In this document: piece by piece, positions 28,197 to 38,438 of the stretch
How the letters are laid out: every line of letters starts with the position of its first letter
Numbering within the stretch: the first letter of the stretch is position 1
NCBI GenBank assembly: GCA_963826605.1
Contig: CAWGXN010000004.1
Location: forward strand, 4,239 to 68,238
Reading direction: 5' to 3'
Source: an uncultured Alphaproteobacteria bacterium
Lineage (GTDB): Bacteria; Pseudomonadota; Alphaproteobacteria; MPNO01; DASWLB01
DNA length: 64,000 nt
Made by a program: the position numbers and the translations under genes
The notes under the pieces: generated by a model
Databases searched by the model: none
The model's input: the letters and a program-made list of their open reading frames with translations, nothing else
What the model was told of the DNA's origin: nothing

Positions 28197-29408
28197 CTAC
28201 CCGTCGACCAGGCCCATCAGCGACCAGGCCTTGTCCTCGGCCAGCCCGGCAAGCTCCTTGCCGCATTCGCGCAGGATCACCGGGCCCACCAGGAAGTGCT
28301 GCGTGCCGGCATGCATGTCGCGGAAGCAGCGCTGGATCACGCTGGTGCGCAGCGCAGTCCCGCCCGCCGTGCGATAGGCGTAGGCGCACACCTCGGCCGC
28401 GACGTTTGTGACGTGGTTGAGGGCGAGGCGGATCAGCGTGACCTGGCGCTTCGACATGTGCCCGCCGCCGGCGAGCGCGGCGTCGACGTCGCGCCACGCC
28501 TCGAACACCAGCGCGCGGGCGGCACGGAACTTGGCCTCGTTGGCGCCGTACTGCTCGTGGAACGATTCCGAATCGGCGAGGTCGGGCAGGTGGCCGCGCA
28601 GGCCCGGCCGCGAACGCACGAATGCCGCGAGCTCGTCCAGCGCGCGGCGCGTGTTGCCCAGCGCGAAGCCGGTATGGCCCATCTGGGTCATGCCCAGTAT
28701 GCCCACATGGTACAGGCTGCCGCCCTGCACCGGCCGCTGGGTCTCGGGCTCGTGGGTGAACGCCGCGGGGACGTAGACGTCATTGAATTCGTAGTCGACG
28801 CTGCCGGTGGCGCGCAGCCCCAGCACGTCCCAGTTGCCCTTGAACTCGGCCTTGTCGCTCGGGACGATGAAGGTCAGCGCGATGGGTGCGCCGTCCGGGC
28901 CCAGCTTCGGCTTGCCGTTCTCGGTCACGAACGCGCCGGTATGGATGTAGCGCGAATGCAGCGTGCCCGAGCCGTAGCGCCAGTGGCCGGTCAGGCGGTA
29001 GCCCTCGCCGTCGATCTCGGCGCGGCCGTTCGGCGCGCCCTGGCCGGCGACGATGGGGAGGTCGCCCGCGCCGAACACCTCGCCGGCCGCCTCGGGCTTC
29101 AGGAACGCCGCCGCCGTTCCCGCGCAGCACTGGTCGGCCATCGCCACCCAGCCGGCCGAGCCGTCGGCGTAGCACAGCGCCTCGATGATCTCGATCGCCT
29201 CGACCGGCCCCACCTCGGCGCCGCCGAAGCATTTCGGCAGCATGAAGGACAGCAGCCCGTTGTCGCGCATCGCCGCCAGCGTGCGCTCGGACAGGCGCCC
29301 CGCCGCCTCGTTGCCGTCGGCCTCCTCCCGCAGGATCGGCGCGATCTCGCGTGCCTTGGCGACAAGGCCGGAGCGCGCGCTCGCGGCGTCGGAAGCAATG
29401 CTGGCCAC
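28197..29408 (-). CDS. Acyl-CoA dehydrogenase family protein (flavin-dependent oxidoreductase or monooxygenase type)
   Basis: 403 aa with a GTG start. It reads ADGSAGWVAMADQ...WRYGSG...GLRATGSVDY. Confidence 0.8.
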   Translation of the reverse strand: MASIASDAASARSGLVAKAREIAPILREEADGNEAAGRLSERTLAAMRDNGLLSFMLPKCFGGAEVGPVEAIEIIEALCYADGSAGWVAMADQCCAGTAAAFLKPEAAGEVFGAGDLPIVAGQGAPNGRAEIDGEGYRLTGHWRYGSGTLHSRYIHTGAFVTENGKPKLGPDGAPIALTFIVPSDKAEFKGNWDVLGLRATGSVDYEFNDVYVPAAFTHEPETQRPVQGGSLYHVGILGMTQMGHTGFALGNTRRALDELAAFVRSRPGLRGHLPDLADSESFHEQYGANEAKFRAARALVFEAWRDVDAALAGGGHMSKRQVTLIRLALNHVTNVAAEVCAYAYRTAGGTALRTSVIQRCFRDMHAGTQHFLVGPVILRECGKELAGLAEDKAWSLMGLVDG

Positions 29409-29487
29409 GTGATCCTCCCTCGTCTCGTCGGGCCGATCATAGCCGATGACGCGCCGCGCGGAACAGGGAACCGGGTCGGGCCGTCCG

Positions 29488-31183
29488 TCAGCTTGAGGCG
29501 GGGTAGCGGCCGATGAGCTGGGACTGGCGGAAGGCCGGGCGCAGCGAGGCGACCAGCCCGGGCGGTGCGAAGCCGCGCCGGCGGTTGCGGTCGCCGATGG
29601 CGAACAGCAGCACCTGCTGGCGGTACAGCCGGCGATAGACCTCGCCGACCGACAGATCGGGGTCCCACGCGTCGATCGCCTCGCCGCCGACGCCGTTGAT
29701 CTCGATGATGGTGAAGCCCTCGCCGGCGGCCAGCGCGGCCGGGGAACTCGAAGCGCAGGTCGAACCGGCCGTAATGGAACTCGGGGATCGCCCGGCTGAT
29801 CTCGTCGAACCGCGCGGCCAGCGCCGGGGTGATCCAGCGGCGCGCGTCCGAGTAGATCCCGCCCGCGCGCTGGTTGCCGACGAAGGCGAGCGGCACCACC
29901 TCGCCCGCCGCCGGCACGCGGGCAAGCGTCGCCGGGTCGAGCCCCACATGGGTGCGGTCCTGGCCGAGATGCAGCCGGGCGCGCCAGCGCGCGCGCGGGT
30001 CGCGGGCGATCAGCGCGGCCACGCTGGACTCCCCGTCGCCCTCGATCCGGGGGAAGCGGCGGAAGGCGAGGGATTCGATGCGCCCCGACGCCGATCCCGG
30101 CAGCCGGGCATAGAGCACCGCGGCCTCGCCCTCATAGGGCGCGAGGCGCTGCAGGATGATGGTCTCGCCCGCCGGGAATGCCGCGATATAGGCCAGAAGC
30201 TCCGCCGCGTCGGCGATGCGGCGCACGCCGTAGCCGTGCCAGCCGACGTCGGGCTTGGCGACCAGCGGGAAGGCGATGCCGGACGCCTCGACGAGCTCCA
30301 GCGCGAGGGCGAGGTCGGCGCGCGCGCTGTCGGCCTCCCGCGACCGGGTGAGCACGGTCCAGTCGGCGATCCAGTGCCGCTGTCCGGGCGCGATCTGGCG
30401 GAAATAGCCGCTCTTCGATTCGCCCCACATCCCGCCGGTCGGGATCGTCGGGTTGGCGCAGGCGGGCAGGGTCAGGCTGTGGTGCCGCGCGGCCAGCGCG
30501 CACCAGGTGAGCGCCAGCGGCGCGTAGAACATCAAGGGCGGGATGCGCTCGGCGGGGGCGACCCGGCCGGGCCCGGCCGGCCGCGCCTGGGCGTCGAGGG
30601 CGTCGGCGCTGGTGTCCGCCACGTCCGCCTCGTCCGCCTCGTCCGGCGCACGCGGGAACAGGCGCTTGCGCACCAGCCCGGCCCCGATGAACCCGCCGAA
30701 CAGCACCGGCCAGGTCGAGGGCCCGATCGCCACGTCGAGCCGGCCGCCCAGCTTGATCGCGATCAGCAGCACCAGCGGCAGGTAGATGGCCGAGATCGTC
30801 AGGCTCGCCGCGCTGAAGCGGCGCAGCGACACGCGCATCCAGCCGCACGCCACGAAGGCGATGAACACCATGCCCGGCACCACCCGGCACAGCGCCACCA
30901 GGAAGAACAGGTTGGACGGCGGCCGGGCCGCCGCCTTGCGCACCGCCCCGTCGGCGGCGAAGCGGCTCAGCCAGGGGGCGTGGCGCGCCGCGGCGCCCAG
31001 CCCGTACAGCGCGAAGTCGCTCGACACCATGCCGAGATAGATCGCCAGCGCGACCAGCCCGACCGGCAGCGCGTGTTTCACCACCGCGGCCGCGCCGAGC
31101 ACAATGGCCAGATCCTCGTGCGCATAAGGCAGCACGAGCAGCGAGACCAGCATGGCGATCTTGGACGACCCCAACCAGGTCAT
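29488..31183 (-). CDS. Polytopic membrane domain fused to an ATP-grasp ligase domain (frame break near 29745)
   Basis: About 190 aa of TM helices at the N-terminus. It then reads PTGGMWGESKSGYF...FPLVAKPDVGWHGYGVRRI...FHYGRFDLRFE, and continues in ORF 29488..29949 as GFTIIEINGVGGEAIDAWDP. Confidence 0.6.
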
Positions 31184-31333
31184 GCGGAGAACCCTCACAC
31201 CCGAACGGCAATGGCGTCGCGAATTGGCCTTCTGCGAGGCCGTCGGCCCGGATCATGATCCGGCCGGGCGGACGAGACAAGCGGGCGTGCGGAATCAGCG
31301 CAGGCGCCGGCGGGGTCAGGCGAGGGGGCGCGG

Positions 31334-31777
31334 TCAGTCGAGGCGGCGCAGCGCGGCGCGCAGCCCCTCCGGGTCGGCAAGTCCGGCCTCGATGGCGGCA
31401 TGGGTCCGCCGCCACACCGGCAGGGCCTCGGCCAGCACCGCCCGCCCGGCATCGGTCAGGCTCGGCAGGCGGCCGCGCCGGTCGGCTTCGTCCACCGCCA
31501 CCTTCACCAGCCCGCGCCGCTCCAAAGGCTTCAGCAGGGCGGTCAGCGTCGTCCGGTCCATCGCCAGCAGCGCGGACAGCGCGCCGATGCGCGGCGGCTC
31601 GGCGCGGTTCAGCGCCATCAGCAGCGAGAACTGGCCGTTGGTCAGCCCCAGCGGGCGAAACGCCTCGTCGAACCGCCGCGCGATCGCCCGCGCCGCCCGC
31701 TGCAGGTGAAGGCACAGGCAGGCGTCGTGCACTTCGCGGGTGGTTGCGGCGGAGACCGGGGGCGTGCGGCTTGACAT
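31334..31777 (-). CDS. MarR family transcriptional regulator
   Basis: Reads LTNGQFSLLMAL...IGALSALLAMDRTTLTALLKPLERRGLV...DRRGRLPSLTDAG. Confidence 0.85.
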   Translation of the reverse strand: MSSRTPPVSAATTREVHDACLCLHLQRAARAIARRFDEAFRPLGLTNGQFSLLMALNRAEPPRIGALSALLAMDRTTLTALLKPLERRGLVKVAVDEADRRGRLPSLTDAGRAVLAEALPVWRRTHAAIEAGLADPEGLRAALRRLD

Positions 31778-31849
31778 GGGCCTATTATGTTGATATCAAC
31801 TTATCCTGTCAATGCGGCCGGGAGCGGCCGCCAGTTCCGGGAGAATCCG

Positions 31850-32263
31850 ATGCAGATCGACCCGTATCTCTTTTTCGACGGCAAGTGCGAGGAGGCGGTG
31901 ACGTTCTATCGCCAGGCCCTGGGCGCCGAGGTGGAGACGATCATGCGCTTCAAGGACCATCCGGAATCGATGGAAGGCGGCATGATCCCCGAGGACGCGG
32001 GCGACAAGGTGATGCACGCCGCGCTGCGCATCGACGGCCAGCTCGTCATGGCGTCGGACGGGCGCTGCCTCGGCGCGCCCAGCTTCCAGGGCTTCGCCTT
32101 GTCGCTGTTCGTCCCCGACGCGGCCGAGGCGGAGCGGCTGTTCGGCGTGCTCGGCGAGGGCGGCCAGGTGCAGATGCCGCTGACCGAGACGTTCTTCGCG
32201 TCACGCTTCGGGATGGTCGCCGACCGGTTCGGCGTGAGCTGGATGATCTCCGTCGCCCATTAG
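31850..32263 (+). CDS. VOC/glyoxalase-fold protein (PhnB/YjdN-like)
   Basis: Reads MQIDPYLFFDGKCEEAVTFYRQALGAE...VMHAALRIDGQLVMASD...FFASRFGMVADRFGVSWMI. Confidence 0.75.
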   Translation: MQIDPYLFFDGKCEEAVTFYRQALGAEVETIMRFKDHPESMEGGMIPEDAGDKVMHAALRIDGQLVMASDGRCLGAPSFQGFALSLFVPDAAEAERLFGVLGEGGQVQMPLTETFFASRFGMVADRFGVSWMISVAH

Positions 32264-32319
32264 CCGGTTGCGATGCAGGGAATCGCGCTGCCCCGGCAGC
32301 GCGTCCCTCCCCGGCACCG

Positions 32320-32420
32320 CGTCCCTCGCCCCTGAAAGGGGAGAGGTCAGGAGGGGGGTCGGACCCCCACCCGCCGCCCGCTGCGCGGACGGCGACTTCC
32401 CCCTTCCAGGGGGAGGTGAA
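32320..32420. repeat. Cluster of GC-rich palindromic (REP-like) hairpins, family 1
   Basis: Hairpins are ctcgcccct-gaa-aggggagag, gggggtc-g-gaccccc and ttccccct-tcc-agggggag. Confidence 0.5.
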
Positions 32421-32514
32421 AAACCCTGCATCTGGCCGAAACGTGCTTCAGCGCGCGCTCGCCGGCGCCCGCTCCCGGGCCGATGCGGCCCGGGAGGCGC
32501 GTTCGGTGCCGGTT

Positions 32515-32865
32515 CTACAGCCAGTGCCGGCGCGACGTGTCGTAGGCCGTGGGGACGGGCTGGGTCGGGCGGTGCCCGCCGACCTCCGGGTCCTCCTCGA
32601 ATTCCGGAAGCTGGTCGAGCTCGGCGTCGATGAAATAGCCGCCGATCTGCGGGTCGTAGTGCAGCGCATCCCACCGCACGCGGTGGTGGTGGCCGCCCAA
32701 CCCGAAGACTCCACCGACCGTCAGATCGACATAGGCGACCAGGCCGCTCGACTTGTCGATGATCACGTTCGAGATGCTGCCGAGCCTCTGGCGGTGCGAT
32801 CCGTAGACCGCCGCGCCTTCGACCTTGCGTGCGGGAATGAGATGGTGGCGCTCGCTCTCGATCAT
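32515..32865 (-). CDS. PRC-barrel domain protein
   Basis: ATG at 32865 with a GAAGGAGGA Shine-Dalgarno sequence. It reads KVEGAAVYGSHRQRLGSISNVIIDKSSGLVAYVDLTVGG. Confidence 0.7.
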   Translation of the reverse strand: MIESERHHLIPARKVEGAAVYGSHRQRLGSISNVIIDKSSGLVAYVDLTVGGVFGLGGHHHRVRWDALHYDPQIGGYFIDAELDQLPEFEEDPEVGGHRPTQPVPTAYDTSRRHWL

Positions 32866-33104
32866 GTCCGTCCTCCTTCGATGACGGGCGGTGCGGCGGG
32901 CCGTCGGCCGGCCGGCACCGCGTCCGCTCCACAATATGGGGCGGGCAAATGTCGCCGTCGCCGGGGAGAGGAGACGGGTCGCGCAACGATCACGCCCGGT
33001 GACGCAGCGGGAATCGTCCATGAATTCAAAGGATTAGCGGGGGGCGTCGCTCGGCACGCACGGTCGCGCCGGGGGACTTTCGATCGTGCGCCGTCGGGCG
33101 CGGC

Positions 33105-34612
33105 TCAGGCCACCACCCGGCGCGGCTCGGCCGTCTCGTCCGCCGGCGGGGCGGCGTCGGCGCCGGTGAGGGCGGCGTAGATGCTCGGCATAGCGCTGGG
33201 CGGAGCGGTCCCAGCTCACGTCGCGCCGCATGGCGTTGAGCTGCATGCGCCGCCAGCCGACCGGCTCGCGGTGCAGGCGGCTGGCCTGGACCAGGGCGGC
33301 CGCGAAATCCTCCACCGTCGGCTCGTGGAACAGGAACCCCGCCGGCGCGCAGCGGTCGGCCGGGTCCTCAGGCGTGCCGGCGACGCTGTCGGCCAGCCCG
33401 CCGATGCGGCGCACGATGGGCAGCGTGCCGAACCGCATGGCGTACATCGGCGTCAGCCCGCACGGCTCGAAGCGCGACGGCGCGGCCAGCGCGTCGGCGC
33501 CGGCCAGGATGCGCCGCGCCAGATCCTCGCGATAGCCGATATGGACCGAGACCTGGCGGCGATGGGTGCGGCCGAGCTCGGCCAGCTCCGCCTCGAGCCC
33601 GCGGTCGCCCTCGCCGCAGACGATGAGCTGGCCGCCCTCGGCGATCAGCAGCGGCGCGATCTGGGGCAGCGCGTCGGCCATCTTCTGATGGGTCAGGCGC
33701 GACAGGAACGCGACAACCATGCGGTCGGGATCGACCTCCAGCCCGCATTCGCGCTGCAGCGCCGCCTTGCAGGCGCGCTTGCCCGACAGGTCGGACGCGC
33801 TGTAGGGGAAGGGCACGTCCGCCGGGTTGCCCGGGCGTCCAGCCGTCGTAATCGATGCCGTTGAGGATGCCGGTCAGCTCGCCCGCGCGGGCGCGCAGGA
33901 GCCCGTCGAGCCCGCAGCCAAATTCGGGCGTCAGGATCTCGCGGGCGTAGCGCGGGCTCACCGTCGTCAGGCGGTCGGCATAGGCGAGGCCCTCGCCCAG
34001 GAACGAGCTGTACCCGGCCGCCGGTACCAGCCCCAGCGGGCCGCGCAGCTCGGGCGCGATCGGGCCCTGGAAGGCCAGGTTGTGGATCGTGTGCACGGTC
34101 GCCGGGCGCGGGCCGTCCTGCTGGGCGAGCAGGGCGGGCGCCAGGCCGGCATGCCAGTCATTGGCGTGCACCACGTCGGCCGGCCAGGCCTGGGTGGCCA
34201 GCCGCGCGATCGCGTGGCAGAACAGCCCGAACCGGCGCCAGTTGTCGGGCCAGTCCTGGCCCTGCGGGTCGCCGTAGGGCGTGCCCGGCCGGCGGAACAG
34301 CTCGGGCGCGTCGACCAGCCAGACCGCGAGCCCCGAGCCGGGCAGGCGGGCGGGAACGAGATCGACCGCGCCGAGGCCAGGCGCCTCGCCGAGGGGGAAG
34401 GCTTGGCCCTTGTCCTCGGCGCGGTCGAAGGCGGACTCGTAACCCGGCATGACCAGCCGCACGTCGATCCCGAGGCGGGCAAGAGCTTCGGGCAATGCGG
34501 CGCTCACGTCGGCGAGACCGCCGGTCTTGGCGAGGGGATATGCTTCCGAGGTGGCGAAGAGCACCCGCGTCGACCGTTCTTTCCCGTCGTGGCGCGCGGC
34601 ATGCTGCGTCAT
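33105..34612 (-). CDS. glgA: Glycogen synthase (two frame breaks near 33835 and 33180)
   Basis: Reads VLFATSEAYPLAKTGGLADV...VHANDWHAGL...GILNGIDYDGW, then PFPYSASDLSGKRACKAAL...SRFEPCGLTPMYAMRFGTLPIV. The corrected tail reads IYAALTG..RRVVA*. Confidence 0.85.
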
Positions 34613-34696
34613 CTCATCACCTCTCCCTCGACATGCGCTCTCGCGGCGTCGCCGCGCGCTTTGCGCGTCGGCTCGGCCGAGACCTGATCTGGGTAC

Positions 34697-34837
34697 CTAG
34701 ACGAACAGCACGGCGAGCACGGCGGCCCAGACCACCGCGGTCGCCACCGTCAGCCAGCTCAGCGGCGGGCCGCGCCAGCGGCGCTGTTTCGAGGTGATAG
34801 CGGGAGTTTGCTGCAACGAGGTTGCAACCGGCGCCAT
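34697..34837 (-). CDS. Possible 46-aa membrane peptide (below the ORF-track cutoff)
   Basis: Reads MAPVATSLQQTPAITSKQRRWRGPPLSWLTVATAVVWAAVLAVLFV*. GGAG lies ~9 nt upstream of ATG 34837. Confidence 0.25.
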   Translation of the reverse strand: MAPVATSLQQTPAITSKQRRWRGPPLSWLTVATAVVWAAVLAVLFV

Positions 34838-34946
34838 ATTTGCGTCTCCGAGGCTTCATTGGGCGCCGCGGGGCGCGACGCCGAGCGTGTCCCCATCGAA
34901 GCAAATCCGAGGCGCAGCCGAAATTCGGGTGAATGCGTAGGTGACT

Positions 34947-36017
34947 CTACGTAACCCTTTGGGAGGAGGCCGCGGCGGCGGGCACGATGGCCCGCACCCG
35001 GGGCAGAGAATCGGGGTAGCGCTGCGCAATAAAGGCGATGATCTCCTCGCGCACCTTGCAGCGCAGGTCCCACAGGCTTCCCGAGTTCGACGCGCTCATC
35101 AAAAGGCGGATTTCGATGGTGTTCTCGCGCGCGTCGGTGACCTGGACGACGCACACCTTTCCGTCCCACAGGTCGGAGCCCTGCACGATCCGCTCGTGCT
35201 CCCGCCTTACGTCTTCGATTGGGATGGTGTAGTCGGTATAGACGAACACGGTGCCCAGAAGATCGGCCGACGTCCTGGTCCAGTTCTGGAAGGGCTTCTC
35301 GATGAAGTAGCTGAGCGGCACGATCAGCCGGCGCAGGTCCCAGATGCGGATCACCACGAAGGTGGTGCCGATCTCCTCGACCCGGCCCCATTCGCCCTCG
35401 ACGATCACCACGTCGTCCAGCCGGATCGGCTCGGTGAGCGCGATCTGGAAGCCGGCGATCATGTTCGACAGGGCCGGCCGCGCGGCCATGCCGATCACGA
35501 TCCCGGCCACCCCCGCCGAGGCGAACAGGCTGACGCCCAGATGGCGGATCGACGGGAAGGTCATCAGTATCAGCCCGGCGGTGCACACCACGATGATGGT
35601 CGCCGCGATGCGCCGGAGGAGCTGGCTCTGCGTGCGGATCTGGCGGGCGCGCAGATTGTCGCCCTCGGTGATCCGGTAGTGCAGCGTGACCAGATCCTCG
35701 AGGACGGCGAGAAGGATCAGAGCGCCCCAGCCGGCGACGGCGATGAAGCCCATCTCCGAGACCCGGTCGAGCGAATCGCGCACCGGCCCGGCGAAGGGAA
35801 GCGCCGGCAGCGCGCCGAACAGCGCGATCAGCGGCAGCATGATGCGCGACGGGCCCTTCACCCGGTCGATCAGGATGTGGCGCGCCACGGCGGCGCGTTT
35901 GGGCGTCAGCCGCTCGACGATCCGGAACACGACCCAGTGGACGGCGAGCGCCAGCAGGACCGCCACGACCAGGATCAGCGCCGGCCAGATCCACGGGTTG
36001 TCGGTGGCATAGAGCAT
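34947..36017 (-). CDS. Mechanosensitive ion channel (MscS family)
   Basis: ATG at 36017 (MLYATDNPW). It reads GVAGIVIGMAARPALSNMIAGFQIALTEPIRLDDVVIVEGEWGRVEEI. Confidence 0.85.
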   Translation of the reverse strand: MLYATDNPWIWPALILVVAVLLALAVHWVVFRIVERLTPKRAAVARHILIDRVKGPSRIMLPLIALFGALPALPFAGPVRDSLDRVSEMGFIAVAGWGALILLAVLEDLVTLHYRITEGDNLRARQIRTQSQLLRRIAATIIVVCTAGLILMTFPSIRHLGVSLFASAGVAGIVIGMAARPALSNMIAGFQIALTEPIRLDDVVIVEGEWGRVEEIGTTFVVIRIWDLRRLIVPLSYFIEKPFQNWTRTSADLLGTVFVYTDYTIPIEDVRREHERIVQGSDLWDGKVCVVQVTDARENTIEIRLLMSASNSGSLWDLRCKVREEIIAFIAQRYPDSLPRVRAIVPAAAASSQRVT

Positions 36018-36064
36018 GGTTCTTCCCGTCCCGGGTACAACAACCGAACCGGCCGTCCATTCCG

Positions 36065-37360
36065 CTAGGGTTCCGGTTCGCTGCGGTTCCCGTCGGCCGT
36101 CTCGCCATGCGTCGCGCGGTCCGAGCCCTCGCGCTCCTCCTCCTCGGTGACGCGCATGTGTCCCGTCCAGCCGAGAACGGCGCAGGCGGCGCTGGCGACG
36201 GCGAGCGCAAATGCTGCGATGACGCCGGCCGCGACAAGCTGTGTCCAGAACTGGCCGGCGCCGCCGTACCACAGGCCGGGCCCCGGCGCCGGTGAGGCGC
36301 CGAACCGGCCGACGATGGCCGGGTCGGCGAACAACCCGACCGCGAGCAGCCCGAGAGCGCCGCCCACCACGTTCATCGTCAGGTACTCCGTCGGATCGTC
36401 GATGCCGAGCGCCGCCCAGCCCCGCAGCGCGCCGAGCGTGGCGAGGCCGGCCAGGGCGCCGATCAGCGCCGCGGCCCATGGCGCGATCACCGCCGAGGAC
36501 GAGGTCACCGCCACGTTGGCGGTGAGCAGCCCGACGATCGTCGCGCGCAGCTCGGCCTTGCCGGTGATCAGCCGGGCGCCGGCCATCGTCACCACGGCTC
36601 CGAACCCGCCGGCGAGTGCGGTGTTGGCGACCACCAGCCCGATCGATTGCGACGCCTTCATCGCGAAGCCGGCGTTGAAGGCGAAAAATCCCAGCCACAG
36701 GATGAACGCGCCGAGGAACACCATCGGCATCGAGCTCACCGACGGGGCCCTCTCGTGCACCTTCAGGCGGAATACGCCGCGGCGCGGCCCGAGATGCACG
36801 GCGACCGCGAGCGCGCAGCATCCGCCGCACAGGTGCACAATGCCCGATCCCGTGTCGTAGACCGGCCGCGACAGCCTGGCGAGCCAGCCGCCGCCGATCA
36901 CCCAGTGGCCGATCACCGGGAAGACAAAGCCCGAGATCACCACCGTCAGGATCACGACCGCCTCGAGGCGGATGCGCTCGGCGCCGGTGCCGGCGATCAG
37001 GGTCGCAGGGGTGTCGGCGAACGACATGGCGAAGGCGAAGGCGACGATCACGGCCACGGGCTTGTCGGAAAGCGCGGCAAACGCGCCCCGTCCGTCGCCC
37101 AGGAAGGAGGGCGCGAACCCGGCAGCGCCGACCAGCGGACCGCCATCGCCGAACATCAGCCCGAACCCGAGCGCCCAGTAGACGATCAGGGTGATCGCCA
37201 GGACGATCAGGTTGTGGGCCAGCGTGTCGACCGTGTTCTTGCGATGGCACATCCCGGCCTCGTAGAAGCCGAAGCCGCCATGCATGAAATACACCAGCAT
37301 CGCGCAGGCGATTGTCCAGGCGGCGTCCAGGTTCTGCGACAGGGGGCTCGGCGCATTCAT
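36065..37360 (-). CDS. amt: Ammonium transporter
   Basis: 431 aa and intact. It reads AWTIACAMLVYFMHGGFGFYEAG...DTGSGIVHLCGG...FFAFNAG. Confidence 0.9.
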   Translation of the reverse strand: MNAPSPLSQNLDAAWTIACAMLVYFMHGGFGFYEAGMCHRKNTVDTLAHNLIVLAITLIVYWALGFGLMFGDGGPLVGAAGFAPSFLGDGRGAFAALSDKPVAVIVAFAFAMSFADTPATLIAGTGAERIRLEAVVILTVVISGFVFPVIGHWVIGGGWLARLSRPVYDTGSGIVHLCGGCCALAVAVHLGPRRGVFRLKVHERAPSVSSMPMVFLGAFILWLGFFAFNAGFAMKASQSIGLVVANTALAGGFGAVVTMAGARLITGKAELRATIVGLLTANVAVTSSSAVIAPWAAALIGALAGLATLGALRGWAALGIDDPTEYLTMNVVGGALGLLAVGLFADPAIVGRFGASPAPGPGLWYGGAGQFWTQLVAAGVIAAFALAVASAACAVLGWTGHMRVTEEEEREGSDRATHGETADGNRSEPEP

Positions 37361-37437
37361 GGCGCCAAGGAAACGATTCTCGACGCCGGTCGTCCCGTCC
37401 GGCGCAGGATGGGATCAGCCGTAAGCGGGCGGCCTGG

Positions 37438-37458
37438 CCTCCCCCTGCAAGGGGGAGG
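37438..37458. terminator. Perfect 9-bp hairpin of repeat family 1, just downstream of the LigD polymerase-domain gene
   Basis: cctccccct-gca-agggggagg. Confidence 0.4.
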
Positions 37459-37474
37459 GACGCATGCATGCGCG

Positions 37475-38377
37475 TCAGGCGGCGGTGCCCAGCCGCTTCT
37501 CGGCGCGGGCCAGCGAGCAGGGGCGGGCGCCCTTCCACGGGTCGTCGCGCCGCGCGAGGCGCTGGAACAGGGTCTTGATGGTGTACTTGTCCGGTCTGAG
37601 CCTGGATGAGCGCACCTCGGACCAGGCGAGCGGCGTCGCAACCGGCGCGCCGGGGCGTGCGCGCACCGAGAACGGCGCGACCGCCGTCTGCGCGTAGTCG
37701 TTGCGCAGAATGTCAATGAACACCCGGTTGCCGCGCTTGTTCTTGCGCATCTCGACGGTCAGCACGTCGGGGTGCTGCGCCGCCAGCGTGCGGGCGACGG
37801 CGCGGCTGAACGCCTTCACCTCGTCGAAATCGGCGGCGCGGTCGAGCGGCACGAAGACGTGCAGCCCGCGCGAGCCGGTCGCCATCGGCAGCGAGGCGAG
37901 GCCCAGCCCGTCGAGCAGCGCCTGGGTCCACAAGGCGGCGCGCCGCACCTTCTCGAAATCGTCGTCCGAGGGATCGAGGTCGATGATCATCCGGTCGGGG
38001 TGGCGCGGCTTGTCGCAGCGCGCGAGGCCGAGATGGGCGACGATGCAGGCCTGGCTGGCGAGATAGGCGAGCGTCGCGGCGTCGTTCACCACCACGTGGC
38101 GGTTGTGGCCATCCGACTTTTCGAGGGCGCAGCGCTCCACCCAGTCGGGGAAGTGCGCCGGCGCGTCCTTCTGGAAAAAGTTCTTGCCGGCGATGCCGTC
38201 GGGGAAGCGCTGCATCGAGATCGGGTGGCCTTTCCACAGCTTCACGGCGTGCGGGGCCACCTTGGCGTAGTACTCGACCAGCTCGCCCTTGGTGATGCCC
38301 GCGTCCGGGAACAGCACCTTGTCGTCATGGGTGACGCGGACGTCGTGCCGCCCGACGCGGATGGTGCGTTCAGTCAT
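37475..38377 (-). CDS. DNA ligase D polymerase/primase domain, encoded as a stand-alone gene
   Basis: ATG at 38377. It reads VTHDDKVLFPDAGITKGELVEYY...MIIDLDP...ATGSRGLHVFVPL. Confidence 0.85.
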   Translation of the reverse strand: MTERTIRVGRHDVRVTHDDKVLFPDAGITKGELVEYYAKVAPHAVKLWKGHPISMQRFPDGIAGKNFFQKDAPAHFPDWVERCALEKSDGHNRHVVVNDAATLAYLASQACIVAHLGLARCDKPRHPDRMIIDLDPSDDDFEKVRRAALWTQALLDGLGLASLPMATGSRGLHVFVPLDRAADFDEVKAFSRAVARTLAAQHPDVLTVEMRKNKRGNRVFIDILRNDYAQTAVAPFSVRARPGAPVATPLAWSEVRSSRLRPDKYTIKTLFQRLARRDDPWKGARPCSLARAEKRLGTAA

Positions 38378-38438
38378 GGCGCAATCCCGCTTTGGACCGG
38401 TGTCGGTCGTGTGGATCGGCCTGGCACGGACGCAAGCG

